A stretch of 64,000 bases of DNA from Lama guanicoe (GCA_013239625.1 MU055886.1:930001-994000); one strand, 5' to 3'. Numbered from the stretch's first letter, positions 36,201 through 48,939 are shown. A program made the numbers and translations. The notes: generated by a model not told the origin, from the sequence alone.

Positions 36201-39200
36201 CACCAGTGTCCCGTCTGCCGAAGCTGGCACTCCTCTGGCCCGACCCACAACCTCCCCAGCCAGCAGGCCTGGCACAGTGCAGGGTCGGGGAGAGTCTGCT
36301 TCCGTCCATCTCATCTTCAGTGGGCTCCAACTCTGCTTTTGTTCAAGCTCTCCCTTGCCTTCTAACCCCAGCCTGGCCTGCCAGCTTCCTTCAAAGCCAC
36401 CAACCAGCTTCTTTCCCTAAACTCCCACAGTTTTAACTTAGAACTGACCAGTCTGCATCCAGTCAGGACCCTTGCCCTTCAGAGATCCCTCCTCAGTCCC
36501 CTTAAGGCCCAGGAAGGCAGTACATGAGGTTCTTTCCATTTTACTGGTGAGAAAGCAAGAGCAGAGGCTGGAGCAAGTGCCAGGGGCCACAAGGAGGGCT
36601 TCTGGCATCCTGGGAGCTGTGTTCCAGAGGCCAGGCAGGGGTGGGTCAGGTAGCAGTGGGGTAGGGGGAGGACCTCAGGCCGGGGGAAAGCCATGGATCT
36701 GAGGATGGTGAAGACGGAGATGGGCAGCCATGGGGTCAGACGGGATGGATGGTTCAGGGCCAGCTCCTGCCTTCCCCAGTGACAAAAAAGCAGAAGCCTG
36801 AAGTGGGGAGGGGCCCCGCCCTCAGCCTGGGAGACCTGAAGAACATCTAGTGGGTGACAGTGCCTGCCTCACCTCAACCTCACCTTCCTTGGCCTCTTCT
36901 AGGGCTTTATTCCCATTCCCTAGCTCAGAGCTGCTTCTGCAGAGAGTCTTTGCTAAGAAAGAGTTAATGTTGGGCCCAGCTGCCACTGGGGGAAACGAGG
37001 TAGGGTGGTTGGAGGGTGGGATGGTGTCAAGAGCCAGTAAGGTAGAGGAGGGACAGCCTCACCCTTCAAGGTAAAGCTGAGGAGGGGGCTTTGTCCAGCA
37101 TCTGTTGTGCCCCTGCTGTGCTGGGAGTTTGAAGCCCACCTGGGCCTGCCGCCTGGAAGGCGATTCCAGTGGGAGGTGGCATGTGCCATGTAACTCACTG
37201 CATCAGGGCTTGAGGATGTCAGGTGTGGGCACAGAAGTGAGTACCTGGGGGCTAAGAGGGAGGATGTGGACTGGTCTGCCTGGGTTGGGGGCATGGGTGA
37301 GAACAGACTTCTCCACTTGGTGCCTGGCCTGGGAAGGGCGGTGGGAGCAGAGGCAACAAGGGGCGTGGGCCAGCCCCATGCTCCAAGGACAGGCCTGGAA
37401 GGAATTGCTGCAGGACTGGCCCCGACAGACCCCAAGGAGGCCCTGCATTTTTGTCAGAATTGCGAAAAGACACCCACCCAGGGCAGGCACACTTAGGCTG
37501 TTTCCTTGCTTACCTCTGCCCCATCCTTCCACGACCCCCACCCCCACCCCCACCCCCAGCTGGGCCCAGGCTTCCATGCAAAGCAGCCTTGTTGAGTTGA
37601 GCCTCAGAGGAAACTAGGTGATGTTTTCATTATTTTCGTAATTTACACCAAGAAATTAGGAAGAAGGGTCTATTTGTTATTAATGTACTCAGCCTGTTTG
37701 CCCCCAAGACTTGAAACTAATTTTTATCTGGACCAAGATTTGTTGTAAATTCCCAAGGCTCCCTGTGCTAATGAAAAGCTCCGGGCTGCCTGTAGGGCCC
37801 CAGCCCCACGCCCTGCCTCAGTCCTCAGTGTTCACAGGAGAAGGATGGAGTCTCTGGGGCTGAGACCAAGGAATTGCCTCTGGTTCCATGAAACCCTCAG
37901 GCCTCCCAGCCTGCAGAGGACTTGGTGCTGAGTCTTGGAGTCAGTGCTTCATCTCAGATCCGCCATCTGTCTTTAGCTGTCTTTGACCTGAGCTGTATGT
38001 GGTTCTGTTTGAAAAGCTTGAACTCGGATGCTAAAACCAATCATCTTTGGTTGAGTGAGGATTTTAGAGCCGCGCTAGACTAGAGGACTATCTGCTCGCC
38101 CCCTTGTTTTATAGGTGAAGAAACAGAAGGCCTGGGGGTGGGGTGGCGCAGCCCAGTGAGTGCTGGAGAGGTGACGTCCTAGCCCAGGGCTCCTTCCAGT
38201 CTCCACAGTGTGGTTGGGGAAGTGACCCAAGGCCTCCTGCAGCCAGTGTCCCCTTGTCTCTAGGGAGTTCCTTACCTGTAAATGACCCACTCCTTCCTGC
38301 ATCCCCTGCGCTTTGCAGTGGCTGGCACTCTTGGGAGTTTTCACCTTTGCCCAGTCACCATGGAGAATGAAACAGGCCCTCCCCCTGCCTTCCTCTCCTG
38401 GAGCCCCATCTAGGTCAGTCTGTTGCTCTGCCTCTAGGGTCCTGTCTGCAAGGAGCAATGTCTCTTCCTTTTCTGGGACTTAAGAGTCTATGAGGAAAAC
38501 TTGTCTTGGTTTCAGGGAATCTGTAGATCTGTGGATATTTCTAATTAATATTGTTAGATGAGTTGGCCTTTCTCTAATTTCTTCCAGGACCTTGGCTATC
38601 AGTTGTATGTGTGGGGTGATTGTCATAACAGTTTATATTTGCTTCTCCTTTTACTAATTATATAAGTGCTTTCTTAGACATCTCATTTCATCCTTGGAAT
38701 GACCTTGGAGGGCAGCCTTGTTATTCTATTAAGATAGAGAAACTGCAAACTGGGGAATGAAGGCAGCCTGCACAGGGTCACCCAGCAGCAGGGCCGGGGC
38801 GTGTGCTCAGGTCTCAGGACTCCAGGTCCAGTGCTCACTTGCTGTATCACATCAGTCCCTGTCCCTGCCCCTTTCTTCCATTCACCAGAGCCTCTGCTCT
38901 GAGCTAGGTCCTGCGGGGAGGGGTCACAGTGCTCATGCCTTCCAGAGCTCACGAGCTGGAAGGGAAGGAGACGTCTTATCTACAGAGGCCTCAGCGGGGA
39001 AGTGTGGGTGAACTGCTGAGTGCTTGAGTCACCATTCAGGCTCGTTGGCAGACGCTGAGGGGAGATAGCCCTCTGTACCGGCAAGTGCCTGGCCTCCAGG
39101 GGAACCTTGGTTCCCTCTGAGGTCAGGGGCTGCCTGTCACCCCAGTGTCCCCCAGCACCTGGTCTCATTCTGCAGCAAGGTGGAACTGCAGAGGACCCAG

Positions 39201-39759
39201 CTCTCCTGGATGAGACTTCCAGGTCAAACCATCCAAAGGGCTGGGTCCACAGAAGCCACCGGAGGCTAAGGGACAGGGCCGTGCAGGCCTTCCCCATCCA
39301 CAGAGAGCCTGTGTGTTTTTTGCACACAGGGTGAGGAGAGGCGCAATTGTGTCTGGAAAGAGCCCCGGGTTTGACACTAGACACAGAGCTATAATTATCA
39401 TCCTTAATTACATGACAGTGACTCTGCCAGGGAGACGGGCTGGACGATTATCTCCTCTCCTGACAAGGGTGGTTCCGTCTCCCTTTATGAGTACTGACAT
39501 AAACAACACACACACACTTGAGATTTCAAAATTATGAAAGGCCCATTTAGAGTCACCTACCAAGGACTCCTGGCTTCTTCTCCCGGAGAAAGGGGCCAGC
39601 CAGGCAGAAGCCATGCAAGAGGTTTCTTGCCTGCTGCTGAAAGAGAATGCCCACTTAACCTCTGCGGTGACGTGATCTCTAACACTGGAAGAAGAGAACA
39701 CACCTTTTCCTGATGCTTAAAGAAAAGAAGACTGGCAGAAGACTACATAACTATAGCCC

Positions 39760-39945
39760 TTGTGTTTATGTTGAGCACATCCATGTTCCTTTGATTGTGA
39801 GAACACCCTGGAGAGGTTGAGAGGGCATGTGGTATTATCCTCATTATGTAGGTGGGGAGATGAAGGCTCAGAGAGGTTAGGGCACTTTCCTGAAATCACA
39901 CAGGAAACCAGGACTAGAGCCCCAGTAGCTGATTATAAGCCAGGC
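39760..39945 (-). mobile_element. MIR fragment
   Basis: ggtattatcctcattatgtaggtggggagatgaaggctcagagaggttagggcactttcctgaaatcacacag. Confidence 0.65.
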
Positions 39946-41007
39946 TTCCACGCACACACAGGGGTTTCTGTGGTTCATTCTGGGTGTTCCCTCAGCCCTT
40001 GATGTGCTCTGAGGCTCTCATTCTGGTCCAGAGCACCTTGCACTTTATAGGGCTATGATGAGGGCGGCCCCCAGAGACTCTGGAATCATGCTAGAGTCCC
40101 CAGATTGACTGTACAAATGAGCCACATGTTGCAGACAGAATAAGCCTGCCTGGCCTCAGAGCAGGTCTGCCAGGCCAGGAGCATGCAGTGCAGTGCAGGA
40201 GATATGCAGGCACAGTGGGACACCTGCCCAGGCTCTCTGCCCCTGCCGTGCTCTCTGAGCAGCCAAAAGACAGTCTCTAAAACATGAAGAGTGTCAGGCC
40301 AGCACCCTGCCCACCACCCTGGGTTGGGTTGAGGAGCAAGCTGCCCTGAAGACACGAGTTCAGGGCCTTCCAATGTCAGTTTGTGCCGTAGTCACATGGG
40401 AAAGCTAAGTGAGGTGTGTGTGCCATATTGTAAATGCAGGTTCCTAGGCCCCACTCCTTATAGCTCTCACTGGGGCCCAGGAATCTGCATTTTAATGGCC
40501 TGCTCCATGACTCTGGGACAGATGGTTCTGTGGTTACATAGGCCCTGCTTTAGCCTGGGGTCTCCATCAGTTCTGATGCTCTGGTCTGGCCTGCCAGCAG
40601 CATTGCTCTCCCTGGCTTCTTGGCTCATTCTCTTTCTGCCCTCCTGCAGGGGCATGGACATCCATTCCGGTGTCTCCTTGAATTACGCTGTACAAGTCCA
40701 AAGCAACAGGGTCTGCAGAGAAGAGCAGAAACCCCTGCTCTGGGGGTGGGCAGTGCGGGGCGCCTGACTGCATGAGGGCCCAGCCGTGCAAGCTCATCTT
40801 GTTAGCTTTACAGAGCTGTGATTTCGCTGCAAGAATCTTGTATATCTTTGAACTGACAGATAGCACAGGGCTAGCGTGGAGGCTGTGCTGTAGTTCAGGG
40901 AGGAATTGTGAGCTGAAGGACCCCAGAGATCATCCTGGCTCCACTGACTCCTGGTTTGAGTGTGAACAAGGCGCTGCCCCTATGGGCTTCAATTCCATGT
41001 CCTCATC

Positions 41008-41152
41008 TCTTTTTTTAAAAAATAGTTAATTTATTTGTTTGGTGGTGGGGTAATTAGGTTTGTTTGTTTATATGGAGGTACTGGAGATTGAACCCGGGAC
41101 CTCGTGCATGCTAAGCACTCACTCTGCCACTGAGCTATACCTTCCCTACCCC
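41008..41152 (-). mobile_element. tRNA-Ala-derived camelid-type SINE (Vic-1-like)
   Basis: The reverse strand reads gggaaggtatagctcagtggcagagtgagtgcttagcatgcacgaggtcccgggttcaatctccagtacctcca followed by an A-rich tail; A and B boxes are present. Confidence 0.85.
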
Positions 41153-41689
41153 AGTCTCCCTGTCACTAAAGTCAAGACTTCAACCTGATCCTGAGGTGAT
41201 TTGAGTCCTAATCTCCTCTGGTGGAGGCAGTGGCAGCCATAAGACCCGCTAGAAGTGCACAGATCCCACTGGGCCCAGGGACATGACCTCCCACACACAG
41301 AAGCCCTCCCGGACGCTGCCTGCCGGGCTGGGCTGGGCTACAGTCTTCCGTGCCTTTGTTTGCCTGTCACCAGTCATGATCAGACCTCCACACGATGTGT
41401 CTCACTCGGTGTCGGCAGCTTCCACTCAGCACCCTGGAAACCTGTTTGCAAACTGAAGCCACGCTAGCGTCCCTGGGGGATATCTTTCCAGAGAAGCCTG
41501 CTTCCAAATGGAGCGAATTTCACCAGGCCTACTTAAAAAAAGACTTTTAAAATATGTATTTTAAAGGACTGTCATTTTACATGTGCCTGATCCCAGTAAA
41601 GAGGAGCAGCATTTGCACTCCTGGTACCCCGTGACCCCGCAGCACAAGGGCAGCTCTCAGAGAGAGGACCAGGTCAGTGGCCACCAGCC

Positions 41690-42125
41690 AGCCTCCCTGC
41701 TCAGCCTTCCCAGATCCCTCCTTCTCGCTGTCACCAGATGATTTTCCCAGACGTGGCCGGATGGTGTTATTCCGTTGCCCGGAGAACTTCACTGAGCCCC
41801 ACAAACCCAAGTGCAGACTTTCCAGGCCTTCCTCAAGCCACACCTCCCCCTGCACCCTGCTCAGGGGACCCCAGCTCCAGGCAACACCTCCAACACCTCC
41901 CTGCTCTCCTGTGTCACTTCTCACCTTAATCTCCTCCTCCCAGGAGCTTTTCCCAAGCTCTTTGCTCCCCCAGGACTCACATAATGATTCTTATCCCTCC
42001 CTCTTGTTCTTGCTTTTGGTTCCTGGGTGAGTCTCTCCTCAGCAGCCTGATCAGGGCCTGAGTCATTCCCCAGAGCCCAGCACGGGGCCCGGCACTCAGG
42101 AATAGCTTGTTGAAAATGGAATAAA
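41690..42125 (+). mobile_element. L2 3' region
   Basis: Pyrimidine-rich body ending ttccccagagcccagcacggggcccggcactcaggaatagcttgttgaaaatggaat. Confidence 0.5.
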
Positions 42126-45100
42126 AACAGGCCTTTCCTCTGCACACGTCTGAGACTTGCCTTTGAAGTTGGTTTGATGGCTGCAAATGTAATAATCAGT
42201 TAGACCATTGGATCTCCTGTTTATCCCTGAAAAATGAGCACTCATACACAAATAATGATTTTGAGACTGGGAGCACGTGCTCTCCTGAGTGTGAAAACAG
42301 GCGATGCAGAGACAGTTCGCTCACTCTGGGGGAGATGTGGCGCGTCTCTGGGGTGTCTGCGGTTTGGGAGAGTTTACAGTTTATGGAGCCGTTTGTGGTT
42401 GGAAAGTGCAGGCCTTGGCTGACCCTGGCCCTAGTGTTCCCCTCTCCCTCCAAGCTGCAGGCTACTGGTCACCGGTGCCTTGGAGTCATAACTCTGAGAT
42501 CTCGGAGCAACAGGAACACTCTATATCCCCATCGTGTTTCCCTTTACAAGAAGGTAGGTGAGCGAGGTGTCCCTTTACAAGGGAAAGGAGCTCTAAGGCG
42601 AGTGTCTGTCACATGGCTTGCCTGCCTCCCGTCTCTGCTGGCTTTGTTGTACTTGGTGGGTACCAGAAGCCAGGAGGAAACATGACTCCCATTGTCTGCA
42701 CCCCCATGTCAGGGCCCTCTGCCCCTCAGGGGGCTCCTGTGTGACCTCAGGCCCCCACAGCCCTATTGTCCCTTCTCTCACTTGCCCTTGTCACACAGGG
42801 AGAAGCTCTAGTCCACTCTGGACAGACTGACCGTCAGCTGTGGGGTAAAGGAGCAGAGTCTCAGCCTCCCTCTCTCTGCCACGTGAAAGGCACAGGACTC
42901 TGGGCGTGGGCCAAGGGGTAGTGGGCCTTAGAGGGGCAGGAGGAGGCTGGTGTCACACACCATCTCCTTAGCCTTTCAGGTCAGCCACAAAGAGATGGCT
43001 GGGGGAAGGGTGGGCTGGCAGGACTTCAGGAACATTTTGTCCATTTAGTGGCCATTTTGTGACCCCCATGCCAGACACCAAGGACAATGACATAAACAAG
43101 ACCCTGGTAGTAGCCATGGACCCAGGTCAGGCACCAGAGTATCTTGGAGTTTACTTCGGGGTTGGGGGGGATGCAGTCCTCACCAAGATGGCACAGTCAC
43201 TTGGGTTCCAAGGGAGGAGGACGCAGGAAAGGCTTCCCAAGAGTTAAAGTTTGACTCAAGCCTTGACAGATGAGCAGGCCGGGAGGAAGGGACCCACCAG
43301 TGTTCTCACAGGTGCTCAACTGGGACCTGAGGAAGCACAAAGGTGGGCGCTGTGTGGAGGAGGGGTAGAGACAGCCTGTGCAACACCCAGAGAAGAAAGC
43401 CTCCCCAGGTAGCTGGTGTGGCTGCAGCTTCGAGGCTTGTGGAGGGCACGTAGGGAGATGAGGGCCACAGGGAGTTTGGTGGCCAGTTCACAGAGGGCTT
43501 GCCGAACATCTGGAAGGAGTTTGGGCTTTACCCCCAAGGACTGTTGGGAGATATTGAACTGTAACCTGCCCCTCACTCACTTCCCAACCATCAGCTCATC
43601 TTTCCTCTGCATCATCTCAACCTCATTGAGATCTCCCTGCTGGTACCAGGTGGGCGCTGGGCCTCATGGGACACACAGATTGATCCCTTTGAGCCTCTGC
43701 TCTAAAACTGAAGTCGAGTTGGAAAATCAGTCCAGGATAAGAAGCTGAGGACACAGAGTCACATGGCAGTTAACACCAGCACTGGAAGAAATGTCTTGAG
43801 GCCTTGCATGAGTAACTGACATGAAAGGGACAGATAATCAGTGCTAGAGCAGGCGGCAGAGGGGCAAGATGCCTCCCCGGGGTGGTCAGGGGCAGCGCTT
43901 GAACGAGGTGAGTTCTAAGCCTGGTCTCAAAGGGCTTTGGGAGCTGAAAGGAGAGGTCATTGCTGGTGGTGGCAGAGTGCATGGAGTGGGGAGCAGGCAG
44001 TGACCTTGGCCCAGGGTCTGGCACACAGTGAATGTGCTGACTTTGTGACTCGGAACATGTCCAGCATTCAGGGGATGGGGATCCAGCCAGTGTCCAGACT
44101 GCAAGGCCATTCTCCCTCCTGAGCAGGTTTCCCTGGGAGCCCCAGCTGAGCTTGAAGACTGTCATGCAGGCGAGAACCTGGGGAGCTCTCCTAGGGCATG
44201 AGGGCAGAATTGGGCTTCAGATATTCCTAAAAATTGAGATGCTTGTGGACAGGTGGCCCACCCTGCATCTGCTCCCACCTGCAGACCGTGGCTGACTGTG
44301 GGGACACAGAATGGCTGCAGTCACTCCAGCTCAGGCATTTTCCAAAACAGCCATTCCAGGTTGTTCACTACATAGAAAAATCTCCATAAAGCACCCCAGC
44401 ACATCTCATTTTAAACAGCAGGAGCTTCCTAGTGAACCCTGTAAGAGAAATTAGTTGCAAATTAACCCCCAGGAAACAGAATGATTTGACCTATTGTGTA
44501 GAATTGTTGGATGTCAGCCAATTGGATGTTGAAAGACATCTGCCTAAGATGATGATTTGGCTCTTAGAACAATTAGTCTTGAGCCATTCCTGACATCCTG
44601 GCAGATGTAGGGAGTGCAGTCGAGGGTCCTACGACAGTGTCCTTCTCTATGGAGCAGGCAAGAAAATTTTGAGCACCTCTCTTCTCTCTACTCCCCCTTC
44701 CCTGCCCTCTACAGTGTTACCCTCACTGTTAATATCCTTGACCTCCTCAGTGAGGAAAGCAAGCCAGGCATTGGGAGGCTTCCTCCAAGGGTGAATGAGA
44801 TTTTCATGGACTTTGGGGACAGAAGACTCCTCAGTGGGACTCCTGAGGCCCTGTTCTCTTCCCCAGGCTTGGAGCACACTGTGATCACCACCAGCAGGGG
44901 TACATTTTTACAGACTGGCGGCCAAGGACTGCCGAAGGTTGCGGTAGCCAGCCCCACTCAGTTGTCAGGAAGACTCAGAACAGAAGAGCCTTCTCTGAGT
45001 CAGTGGTGGGCAGGTGGTTGGGGTCTGGGGCCCTGAGGCCAACAGGTTTAAACACCAGAGGAGAGCTTGTCCTAAAGAGTGGTTGCGAAGTACCTAGGGA

Positions 45101-45849
45101 GGACAGGATGTCTCTGGCGAGGCACAGCCTCTTTGTCTCACCAGGACGGGGATGAGCATGGAGCCCTGGCGGTCATGTGGCCTGTGGCCGGTGCCTCCAT
45201 CGGGGGGACGTGAGTGAAATCTGAAGTGCATGCATGTCTGCGTGGCGGCAGCTGTAATGTGACAGCTGCCACCCCTCCCCCATTCCTTCCCCTCTCGCCA
45301 CCCCCACCCCCGTTTCCGAGCCAGTGAGGAAGCTTGTCTGGCAGCACCAACTCGGCTGTCATACCACATCAGTTTTTGTAGGTTCCCAGCTAGTGGAAAA
45401 GTGCCAAACGCGAGCAGATGATATACTTAATGAAACGCTTGGAGGAAAGCTTTGGTTCCAGTTATTGGGGGCTTTGTATATAACATAAAGCACTCCTTTT
45501 CCCAGAGTATTTCCAAATTGTTCAGGGGTAGGTGCCATGCAAAAAAAAGTTATGTTTCTAAACCCTGAAATCAGATCGTGTCTTTTCAGAACCTTGTCAC
45601 ACAGTGTAGGATTCTTCCTTTTGGGGATAAATATGGAAAATATTGAATAGTGAGATAGGAGTTGATTCTGTTTGTTCAGCATCTGTGAAAGGCTCAGTAC
45701 ATGACTGATATTACAAAAAAAATGAAATGGGAAGTCTTCTCCTTGTGGACATAAACTGATGGAATGGCGAGTCATCTATACCAGATGTCAGCTAGAAATA
45801 AGGCTGTGTATCTATCTGTGCACATGTATGTATGTGCCATGCTAATCTG

Positions 45850-46070
45850 TAGCATCTGCATGGAGTTTTATGGTTTACAAGGCTTTTTTTATATCCTTTG
45901 TCTGACATTATTTTTTAACAGCCCCATGGAGCTTATAGTAGTATTCTCCCCACTCCGAAACAGAGGATACCGAGGCTCTACTGGGGCAAGTCACCCCAAA
46001 GGGTGGGAGCTGGTAAATGGCAGAGCCAGGTCTTGAACCTGAGACTTCCAAGTCTGGTTCCAAGATGTGC
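45850..46070 (-). mobile_element. MIR SINE
   Basis: aacagccccatgga...cagaggataccgaggctc...gagctggtaaatggcagagccaggtcttgaacctgagac. Confidence 0.6.
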
Positions 46071-47679
46071 ACACCAGTCTATTAGAGTTGCCAGCATGTT
46101 TGGTACCTGGGATTGAAGCACTGCATTATTAGGGGAGGTAGGAGGTTCATCGTTTGAATTGTATTTGCATTTATTCCAAGACGGTCAAGGTTTGAAACAT
46201 GCTGGAGTGCAGGGTGGGGCAGAAGACAATACTGTTTTCACGCCCAGCACCCTTCACTTGCTCGAGTGGCGTCATTTGGGCTAGAGGCCCAGAGAGGTTG
46301 GAGGATTTGCCAGGGTCACACAGCTCGGAAGTGGCCTGGATTTGAGAGTCAAAACCAGATTCTGTGGACACTATTTACTCTGCTGTGCTACTGGGTTGCT
46401 ACAACCATATATAAATGTAGAACGTAAAAACAAAGGAACGGTATGAAAAGAGGTTATTTAGTAAATAAATGAACAACCAAGGTCAATCTGCCGCCTAACA
46501 TTTAGTCACTTGACAGACTAGGAAGCTGCAAGGAGCCTAGGGTCTGCTGGCAGTGAGCTCAGCCAGGCTTCTGACCCCCAGCCCAAGTTCTGCCCATTGC
46601 ACCCCAGGTCTCTGCTTGTCTGGGTTTTCTGCAGGTCTTCTAGCAAATGGCTAGGAATGCTCTTGAATTGATCTCTGTTCTCTATTGCCAGCTTCATAGT
46701 TGGAAGAGAACCTTAAATTCCAGACAGTGGCAACCCCTCCCTACCAAGTGAGACTGCAGTCTCGGGCTCATTTCAGAAATTGCATATTTCTCAACGGTGA
46801 GTCTGTGTTAGTACTCCAGTTATTTTTAGGTGGGAACTTTATATTTTCTCTTTCATACCGTTTTGGCTTCTCTACCTAGCAGGGGTTATATTTTCTATCT
46901 AGCAATAATGTTGGAGCTGCCTTATTTTTAGATTTGTTCATTTTTCTTCCTGTGATTTCTTTTTTCTTCTAATTTAATACACACTCAAACAGGCTTTCTT
47001 TCCCGCCCCACCCTCCCTCCCAGTTCTCATTCACTGGGTCTCAAGACTTAATCCAAAGGCAAGTGCTAAGCCTCATCTCGTTCCAGGAAAAAGAGGAGTC
47101 TTCAGCAAACCTCGAGTGTCTCTTGTCACATGGGCTGCTGCTTGTCATTTTATAAAAGTCTTTTCACCTGTCACTTACCCCAGGTGCCCCTGGCTCCTGG
47201 CTGAGGCACTCACATGGACACACCTGATAAGAAGTGCTTTTGATCCCTATGCCCCACCCCCACCGCAACTCTGCAGAGAAAACCTACTGACCCGGGTGGT
47301 ATGGGGGCTCTGAGGGGCCGGAGCAATAGGCTGCTAAAGGGTCTAGCACGTGAGCATGTGACCCTGCGTGTGTATGTACATGTATGTGTATGTATGTGTG
47401 TTTATAAATGTAAGTGCACACACATACGTAGGGTCTGATGCCCTCCAGACCCTAGTTCCGTCTCTTGCACTTGTAGCATTTGATTCTGGCTTATGGGCAT
47501 CCCACAGATAACACCTGCAACAGGACCTGTGGTTGATACAGCATGTTGTCATCGTTTAGCTCATTTATGCCACCCTGCATTCAGTGGCAAGGCAGCAGTG
47601 AGAATGCAGTCTTGAGGCCCCCAGGGACCTGGCCAGCCCAGCCCCCAGCACACGATAAGGTGAGGTGGGGCAGACCCGG

Positions 47680-47925
47680 GGCCCTGCTCATCCCTTGGCC
47701 TTCTCAGAAGCCTTCCATGGCTCCCCACTGCCTCACCACTAAACCGTGAGCGCTCAGCCTGCTGGTACTTAAGCAGACGATACAAGTAACTACCCAGCCC
47801 CAGAGAAGACTGTGTTTTAGGCTGTGAGCTTCTCTAGGGCAGGGACCAGGCTTGACTGATCAGCATTTCCCCATAAACCAGCAACACGGGTGTTCAGTAG
47901 GCAAGTGAGTGAAAGAATGAACCGG
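47680..47925 (+). mobile_element. L2 3' fragments
   Basis: gccttccatggctccccactgcc; taggctgtgagcttctctagggcagggacc...gagtgaaagaatgaa. Confidence 0.6.
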
Positions 47926-48939
47926 TGAGGCAGGTTGTGGTATCCAGACCTCCTCCCTCACCCTTTCTCGCCGTGTGGATTTTCAGGATCAGGACTCTCA
48001 GTTCATTTCCTGAAGCACCCTTTTTGTGTTGGAGCTGGAATCCTGTCTCAATGCTACGAATAAGAACTTGTCAAGCTGCTTGTAATCCCTTCTGATGCCC
48101 TTGGCAGGGGGTCACCTTAACTGGGTGTTGAGGTCTAGATCTGCTTCCCTGAGCACCTGCCCCTCAAAAGGATAACCTCTTTGTTATCACCCATCTTAGG
48201 TTGGTTTTTGGTTCGCAGCTTGCTGATCAATGTTGATGGATGGGAATTGCTTTGACTCGTCACTTACAAGAAAGGATAACAAGCCCCAGGGAGAGTGGGG
48301 GCCCTTTGCAGTGAAACCATGGGTCCCGAGTCGTGATCAGGCCTGTCCTCGTAGCTGTGTTTTGGGAAAACTTTGGTGGTTCGTGGTGCCAAGTTCTGTA
48401 ACTGCAGTTCTTTAATGTGTCTTTAAATAATTAGTGCCTCCATGAATGACCAGGGCATGTTTGGGGGACTGTGTTATAATCAAAATGTACATCTTAGAGT
48501 TAAAAAACAAAACATCATCTCCTCCAAACTCTATTTCCTAAACTTGAAATATGTAAACATGACATGAAATTGTTTCAAAACAGTCACAGAAGCAGAAGCT
48601 GTTGATCTGAAGCCTGTTCCACGGGAACGCTGAGCAGAAGACGAGGGGGGAATTCCATCGCCGTAGTGGTTCCCGAGAGCAAGCAGGGAGCGGGGAGGAC
48701 AGGGCGCACTGGCTCTGAGGACAGCAGATGTGGAACATCTGCTGCACGGCCGCACTTACCTACTCTTCCTGTTGCTGCCTCGGTTTCCTCATCTGTCCTG
48801 GGATTCATACCAAGTCGCTGGCACAGCGCCTGGTTCACAGTAGACACTGAACAAGTGCTGTCACGAACAATGACGATAATGAAGAGGATAGTTGCATGTG
48901 CCACGTCTGCACGTGAAGTTTCCTTTAAAAAACATTAAA

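Noticed and set aside
44548-44597. SECIS-like AUGA...AA...GA appearance
   Set aside because: It is intronic, helix II is out of register above the core, and SHB is not a selenoprotein. It is reported only as a C/D-like hairpin.
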